Of a DNA stretch of 64,000 bases, positions 57,901 through 64,000 are shown one piece after another. Within the stretch, counting starts at the first letter, position 1; the number at the start of each line of letters is the position of its first letter. This stretch comes from Eledone cirrhosa. Its lineage: Eukaryota. Location of the stretch: contig OZ024740.1 of the NCBI GenBank assembly GCA_964016885.1, positions 307,334,001 through 307,398,000 of the forward strand, given 5' to 3'. A program made the position numbers and the translations under genes. The notes beneath the pieces were generated by a model. That model saw nothing but the letters and a program-made list of their open reading frames with translations, was not told the DNA's origin and did no database searches.

Positions 57901-60900
57901 GGAGGTAATGGCTGTAGCAGTGGCTCAAGGTGGGGGTTGTGGAGTGTTGGTGGTGTAGTGGAGGTAATGGTTGTAGCAGTGGCTCAAGGTGGGGGTTGTG
58001 GAGTGTTGGTGGTGTAGTGGAGGTAATGGTTGTAGCAGTGGCTGAAGGTGGGGGGTTGTGGAGTGTTGGTGGTGTAGTGGAGGTAATGGTTGTAGCAGTG
58101 GCTGAAGGTGGGGGTTGTGGAGTGTTGGTGGTGGTGTAGTGGAGGTAATGATTGTAGTAGTAGATGAAGGTGGGGGTTGTGGAGTGTTGGTGGTGTAGTG
58201 GAGGTAATGGCTGTAGCAGTGGCTGAAGGTGGGGGTTGTAGAGTGTTGGTGGTGTAGTGGAGGTAATGGTTGTAGCAGTGGCTGAAGGTGGGGGTTGTGG
58301 AGTGTTGGTGGTGTAGTGGAGGTAATGGCTGTAGCAGTGGCTGAAGGTGGGGGTTGTGGAGTGTTGGTGGTGTAGTGGAGGTAATGGTTGTAGCAGTGGC
58401 TGAAGGTGGGGGTTGTGGAGTGTTGGTGGTGTAGTGGAGGTAATGGCTGTAGCAGTGGCTGAAGGTGGGGGTTGTGGAGTGTTGGTGGTGTAGTGGAGGT
58501 AATGTTTGTAGTAGTAGATGAAGGTGGGGGTTGTGGAGTGTTGGTGGTGTAGTGGAGGTAATGTTTGTAGTAGTAGATGAAGGTGGGGGTTGTGGAGTGT
58601 TGGTGGTGTAGTGGAGGTAATGGCTGTAGCAGTGGCTGAAGGTGGGGGTTGTAGAGTGTTGGTGGTGTAGTGGAGGTAATGGTTGTAGCAGTGGCTGAAG
58701 GTGGGGGTTGTGGAGTGTTGGTGGTGTAGTGGAGGTAATGGCTGTAGCAGTGGCTGAAGGTGGGGGTTGTGGAGTGTTGGTGGTGTAGTGGAGGTAATGG
58801 TTGTAGCAGTGGCTGAAGGTGGGGGTTGTGGAGTGTTGGTGGTGTAGTGGAGGTAATGGCTGTAGCAGTGGCTGAAGGTGGGGGTTGTGGAGTGTTGGTG
58901 GTGTAGTGGAGGTAATGGTTGTAGTAGTGGCTGAAGGTCGGGGTTGTGGAGTGTTGGTGGTGTAGTGGAGGTAATGGCTGTAGCAGTGGCTGAAGGTGGG
59001 GGGTTGTGGAGTGTTGGTGGTGTAGTGGAGGTAATGGTTGTAGCAGTGGCTGAAGGTGGGGGTTGTGGAGTGTTGGTGGTGTAGTGGAGGTAATGGCTGT
59101 AGCAGTGGCTGAAGGTGGGGGTTGTGGAGTGTTGGTGGTGTAGTGGAGGTAATGGTTGTAGCAGTGGCTGAAGGTGGGGGTTGTGGAGTGTTGGTGGTGT
59201 AGTGGAGGTAATGGCTGTAGCAGTGGCTGAAGGTGGGGGTTGTAGAGTGTTTGTGGTGTAGTGGAGGTAATGGTTGTAGCAGTGGCTGAAGGTGGGGGTT
59301 GTGGAGTGTTGGTGGTGTAGTGGAGGTAATGGCTGTAGCAGTGGCTGAAGGTGGGGGTTGTAGAGTGTTGGTGGTGTAGTGGAGGTAATGGTTGTAGCAG
59401 TGGCTGAAGGTGGGGGTTGTGGAGTGTTGGTGGTGTAGTGGAGGTAATGGCTGTAGCAGTGGCTGAAGGTGGGGGTTGTGGAGTGTTGGTGGTGTAGTGG
59501 AGGTAATGGCTGTAGCAGTGGCTGAAGGTGGGGGTTGTGGAGTGTTGGTGGTGTAGTGGAGGTAATGGCTGTAGCAGTGGCTGAAGGTGGGGGTTGTGGA
59601 GTGTTGGTGGTGTAGTGGAGGTAATGGTTGTAGCAGTGGCTGAAGGTGGGGGTTGTGGAGTGTTGGTGGTGTAGTGGAGGTAATGGCTGTAGCAGTGGCT
59701 GAAGGTGGGGGTTGTGGAGTGTTGGTGGTGTAGTGGAGGTAATGGTTGTAGCAGTGGCTGAAGGTGGGGGTTGTGGAGTGTTGGTGGTGTAGTGGAGGTA
59801 ATGGCTGTAGCAGTGGCTGAAGGTGGGGGTTGTGGAGTGTTGGTGGTGTAGTGGAGGTAATGGTTGTAGTAGTGGCTGAAGGTCGGGGTTGTGGAGTGTT
59901 GGTGGTGTAGTGGAGGTAATGGCTGTAGCAGTGGCTGAAGGTGGGGGTTGTGGAGTGTTGGTGGTGTAGTGGAGGTAATGGCTGTAGCAGTGGCTGAAGG
60001 TGGGGGTTGTGGAGTGTTGGTGGTGTAGTGGAGGTAATGGCTGTAGCAGTGGCTGAAGGTGGGGGTTGTGGAGTGTTGGTGGTGTAGTGGAGGTAATGGT
60101 TGTAGCAGTGGCTGAAGGTGGGGGTTGTGGAGTGTTGGTGGTGGTGTAGTGGAGGTAATGTTTGTAGTAGTAGATGAAGGTGGGGGTTGTGGAGTGTTGG
60201 TGGTGTAGTGGAGGTAATGGTTGTAGTAGTGGCTGAAGGTGGGGGTTGTGGAGTGTTGGTGGTGTAGTGGAGGTAATGGCTGTAGCAGTGGCTGAAGGTG
60301 GGGGTTGTGGAGTGTTGGTGGTGTAGTGGAGGTAATGGTTGTAGTAGTAGATGAAGGTGGGGGCTGTGGAGTGTTGGTGGTGGTGTAGTGGAGGTAATGG
60401 TTGTAGTAGTGGCTGAAGGTGGGGGTTGTGGAGTGTTGGTGGTGTAGTGGAGGTAATGGTTGTAGCAGTGGCTGAAGGTGGGGGTTGTGGAGTGTTGGTG
60501 GTGTAGTGGAGGTAATGGTTGTAGCAGTGGCTCAAGGTGGGGGTTGTGGAGTGTTGGTGGTGTAGTGGAGGTAATGGTTGTAGCAGTGGCTGAAGGTGGG
60601 GGTTGTGGAGTGTTGGTGGTGTAGTGGAGGTAATGGCTGTAGCAGTGGCTGAAGGTGGGGGTTGTGGAGTGTTTGTGGTGTAGTGGAGGTAATGGTTGTA
60701 GCAGTGGCTGAAGGTGGGGATTGTGGAGTGTTGGTGGTGTAGTGGAGGTAATGGTTGTAGCAGTGGCTGAAGGTGGGGGTTGTGGAGTGTTGGTGGTGTA
60801 GTGGAGGTAATGGTTGTAGCAGTGGCTCAAGGTGGGGGTTGTGGAGTGTTGGTGGTGTAGTGGAGGTAATGGTTGTAGCAGTGGCTCAAGGTGGGGGTTG

Positions 60901-61454
60901 TGGAGTGTTGGTGGTGTAGTGGAGGTAATGGTTGTAGCAGTGGCTGAAGGTGGGGGTTGTGGAGTGTTGGTGGTGTAGTGGAGGTAATGGCTGTAGCAGT
61001 GGCTGAAGGTGGGGGTTGTGGAGTGTTGGTGGTGTAGTGGAGGTAATGGCTGTAGCAGTGTCTGAAGGTGGGGGTTGTGGAGTGTTTGTGGTGTAGTGGA
61101 GGTAATGGTTGTAGCAGTGGCTGAAGGTGGGGGTTGTGGAGTGTTGGTGGTGTAGTGGAGGTAATGGTTGTAGCAGTGGCTCAAGGTGGGGGTTGTGGAG
61201 TGTTGGTGGTGTAGTGGAGGTAATGGTTGTAGCAGTGGCTGAAGGTGGGGGTTGTGGAGTGTTGGTGGTGTAGTGGAGGTAATGGCTGTAGCAGTGGCTG
61301 AAGGTGGGGGTTGTGGAGTGTTGGTGGTGTAGTGGAGGTAATGGCTGTAGCAGTGTCTGAAGGTGGGGGTTGTGGAGTGTTGGTGGTGGTGTAGTGGAGG
61401 TAATGTTTGTAGTAGTGGCTGAAGGTGGGGGGTTGTGGAGTGTTGGTGGTGGTG
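21931..61454 (+). repeat. 59-bp G-rich satellite array, about 39.5 kb, roughly 665 units
   Basis: Consensus GTAGTGGAGGTAATGGTTGTAGCAGTGGCTGAAGGTGGGGGTTGTGGAGTGTTGGTGGT, with 60- and 62-bp length variants; single orientation; no insertions seen. Confidence 0.99.
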
Positions 61455-61577
61455 ATGATAATGGAGATGGTCGTTGTGGTGGTGTTACTGAGGAAATGAT
61501 GCGGGTGGTGGTTTACTAGAAGTAGTAACATGTTTAAAAAATGTGTATTTGAGATATGGCCAGGTGTGTAAAACCAC

Positions 61578-61658
61578 TTTCTTGTAGCTATCATGATCCA
61601 TGATGGTATGAAACTTGGAGAGACACATTGCCACCACGTGGTTGCATTCTTGGGCATC
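61578..61658 (-). CDS. Weak candidate internal exon (DAQECNHVVAMCLSKFHTIMDHDSYKK)
   Basis: TTAGTAG acceptor, 81 nt open, GTGGTT donor; phase-compatible with the 17077 exon. Confidence 0.25.
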
Positions 61659-61995
61659 CTACTAAGATGGACATATACCTGTTGACATGTCGGACAGCAG
61701 TGCTAATGGAGCTGCATACAACCGAGGGTCTTGTCTTACGCTCCTGGCATGTTTTTTCACATGGCTGGTGCACACACACAAACATACACAGCCTTCCCCA
61801 TATATATATATATATACAAATATAATTTCAGCGAGATCGTATTTCGGCGGGGGCCAAAAACAAAACGAAACGCAATCCTCGAGATATGCGGCAAGCGCTC
61901 AATGAACTAAAAGACGACCAGAGCAATTAACATACGGTACAGAGGCCAGATAAAATGAAAACAGTGGTCGTGAAGCCATCAGCCACCGGAGCCCC

Positions 61996-62050
61996 AAAAA
62001 ACGAAGCAAGCTAAACAGGTTAACAAGCTGTTTAGCTTGCTTCGTTTTTT
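61996..62050. repeat. Perfect 23-bp-arm hairpin
   Basis: AAAAAACGAAGCAAGCTAAACAG - 9 nt - CTGTTTAGCTTGCTTCGTTTTTT. Confidence 0.9.
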
Positions 62051-62112
62051 GCTAACTACGGATCATAGATGTTTCGGCGTTTAAACAGGACATCGATCCG
62101 TAGCGCGCCCGC
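62026..62112 (-). ncRNA. Strand-shuffled hammerhead-like motif, copy 3 (CUGAUGA strand truncated by a fold-back)
   Basis: GATG-TC-CTGTTTA-AA-CGCC-GAAA-CATC...TAAACAG-CT. Confidence 0.45.
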
Positions 62113-62173
62113 GTACGGAACGATGTCATCTATATATATATATATGATAATAATGGCGCTGCGCATTGCAAAT

Positions 62174-62270
62174 GGGATACATATGAAAAAGTAGGTCCTT
62201 CATCAGTGACCCTCCAACCGTCCCAGGCATTTCATCGCTTTAAGGGCCATATACCTCAGGTTGGTGCGAA
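62174..62270 (-). ncRNA. Strand-shuffled hammerhead-like motif, copy 2
   Basis: CCAACC..AGGTA-TA-TGGCCCT-TAAA-GCGAT-GAAA-TGCCT..GGTTGG-AGGGTCA-CTGATGA-AGGA. Confidence 0.55.
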
Positions 62271-62700
62271 CAACGGCTAAAAAAAGTCGTTGGGACACGT
62301 AAATAAAGGGGACGTTAGGGTGAACAAACAAAATGGTTTAAGCAACAGAAAGTGAGAAGAAAGAGACAAGTCCCAGGTTTCTATGAATATAAACTCGGTG
62401 AAATCGTGAACAAGAGACAAAAGACCATCAAACCTGGTTGAAATGTGAGCAAGGAAGGAATTTCGCACAGGTCTAACGGGGGGAAGAAGAAGGGGTCTGG
62501 TCTGCGAATTCGGTAAACATAAGTTCTGTGAAGTCACAGACGAGAGAGAGAGAGAGAGAGAGAGAGAAAAAAAATTTCATACCGGCTTGGCCAAGAACGC
62601 GCGAGAAAAGAAATCGGACAGGTCAAGCGGGAAGAAAGAGGAGGAAAGAGGAGGAGGAGGAGGAGAGGTAGTGACAGAGAATGAGAATGAGTGAGTGAAA

Positions 62701-62763
62701 GTGGTCGTCACCCTTGCAAGCAGGGAAAAGCGGACGTAAAATGATGATGATGATGATGATGAT
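62701..62763 (+). mobile_element. 3' tail of an RTE-type LINE/SINE ending in (GAT)n
   Basis: Stem-loop CCCTTGCAAGCAGGG, then AAAAGCGGACGTAAAA and (TGA)n. Confidence 0.55.
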
Positions 62764-62805
62764 ATATATTTATATTTAATTATATAATAAACAACACAAT
62801 ATAAT

Positions 62806-62879
62806 TATTCCATTACCTAAGGTTTCGTGAAACTAGACGATCTTAACAGAAACGTCCAGCACGCTCATCAGATGAAATT
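62806..62879 (-). ncRNA. Canonical type I hammerhead ribozyme
   Basis: Stem I ATTTCAT/ATGGAAT, CTGATGA, stem II GTG-CTGGACG/CGTCTAG-CAC, GAAA, stem III ACC-TTA-GGT, GUA cleavage between 62814 and 62813. Confidence 0.85.
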
Positions 62880-62910
62880 ATATATATATGTAGGAACAGG
62901 TAAAAGAGTA

Positions 62911-62952
<42 letters not shown>

Positions 62953-63043
62953 GAACAATGAAAATAAAACAAAAGTCGAAGATAATTAAGAACCTATCTA
63001 CGACTTTTATTTTATTTCCATTGTTCAACACACACACACATTC

Positions 63044-63103
<60 letters not shown>

Positions 63104-63184
63104 CACACACACACATATGTGTATATATATATACATATATATATTATGTGTGTGTATTATATATATAATACACACACACACATA

Positions 63185-63215
<31 letters not shown>

Positions 63216-63234
63216 TATGTGTGCGTATTATATA

Positions 63235-63650
63235 TATAAACGTTTGTATTTGTAAAGCCAAAACAGTGCAGGTATGGAGATAGAATAAAAATGCAAATGC
63301 AAAAGATATTGTTGACAATTAGTCTTTTACCTTAAATTTATTTAAATGTTCTTAATTTTCGAGATAATATCTCTTCTTCGGAGGGAAGTAAAGCAGTTAA
63401 ACCAGTGTTCTAAATAGCATGCATGACTTGACAAGCTATTGAGAACACTGGTTTAACCGCTTTACTTCTCTCCGAAGAAGAGATATTATCTCGAAAATTA
63501 AGGACATTTAAATAAATCAAAGGTCTAATTGTCAACAATATCTTTTGCATTTGCATTTTTATTCTATGTCCATACCTGCATTGTTTTGGCTTTACAAATA
63601 CAAACGTTTATACCTCATTACACAATGCTTCAAGTGAACTATAACTTCCT

Positions 63651-63652
<2 letters not shown>
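63235..63652. mobile_element. Fold-back PLE-type pLTR remnant with about 180-bp inverted arms, between (TA)n tracts
   Basis: Arms 63235-63418 and 63435-63612; each has a CCGAAGA-A-GAGAT/ATCTC-GAAA-ATTA hammerhead-like core. Confidence 0.7.
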
Positions 63653-63714
<62 letters not shown>

Positions 63715-63890
63715 TATATAAATAAGTGGCTCTGTAGCTCGAGTAGAATTACAATGGAACCTTATGCGATGAGAGCCTATTACAAAAAAACTATACCTGT
63801 TATCACTTAATCTCGTTGAAACCATTTCTTCAAGGTTACATTGAGTTCTAACAACGTTATCGACCCCACCACAAACAGGTGGATACCAGT

Positions 63891-63891
63891 A

Positions 63892-63951
<60 letters not shown>

Positions 63952-63992
63952 AATCTGACTATCTCTCTATCTATCTCTCTATCTATCTATCT
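63891..63992. repeat. (TATC)n microsatellite
   Basis: Tetranucleotide run. Confidence 0.95.
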
Positions 63993-64000
63993 GTCAATAT

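Noticed and set aside
21931-61454. CRISPR array or telomeric repeat made by the adjacent RT
   Set aside because: No unique spacers or cas genes; not TTAGGG; ordinary DNA on both sides; no matching template sequence seen in the PLE unit.
21686-61657. Giant His/Thr/Pro mucin-like ORFs (up to 6438 aa)
   Set aside because: By-product of a stop-free 59-bp satellite: period not a multiple of 3, overlapping frames open, indels shift frame freely, starts are TTG codons from a repeat variant.

Overview
Repeat-dominated animal genomic DNA; the SINE type and the abundant (TA)n tracts suggest an octopod cephalopod (inference). 1-15385 is a very young array of a Penelope-like retroelement (PLE; RT + GIY-YIG, Naiad-like, Asn-rich insert). 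It forms head-to-tail 4117-bp units on both sides of a head-to-head inversion, giving a palindrome with arms >=4.4 kb, and ends in a 1.2-kb (TA)n tract. Each unit has a hammerhead ribozyme core, promoter motifs and a probable retained intron. 16.6-21.9 kb and 61.5-64 kb are mosaics of SINEs, hairpins and decayed PLE ends with further hammerheads, plus two candidate host exons on the minus strand. 21.9-61.45 kb is one ~39.5-kb array of a 59-bp G-rich satellite, which explains the giant minus-strand ORFs. The most unusual signal is three divergent copies of a hammerhead-like motif whose three core strands occur in a non-canonical order (not type I/II/III), with covarying helices.
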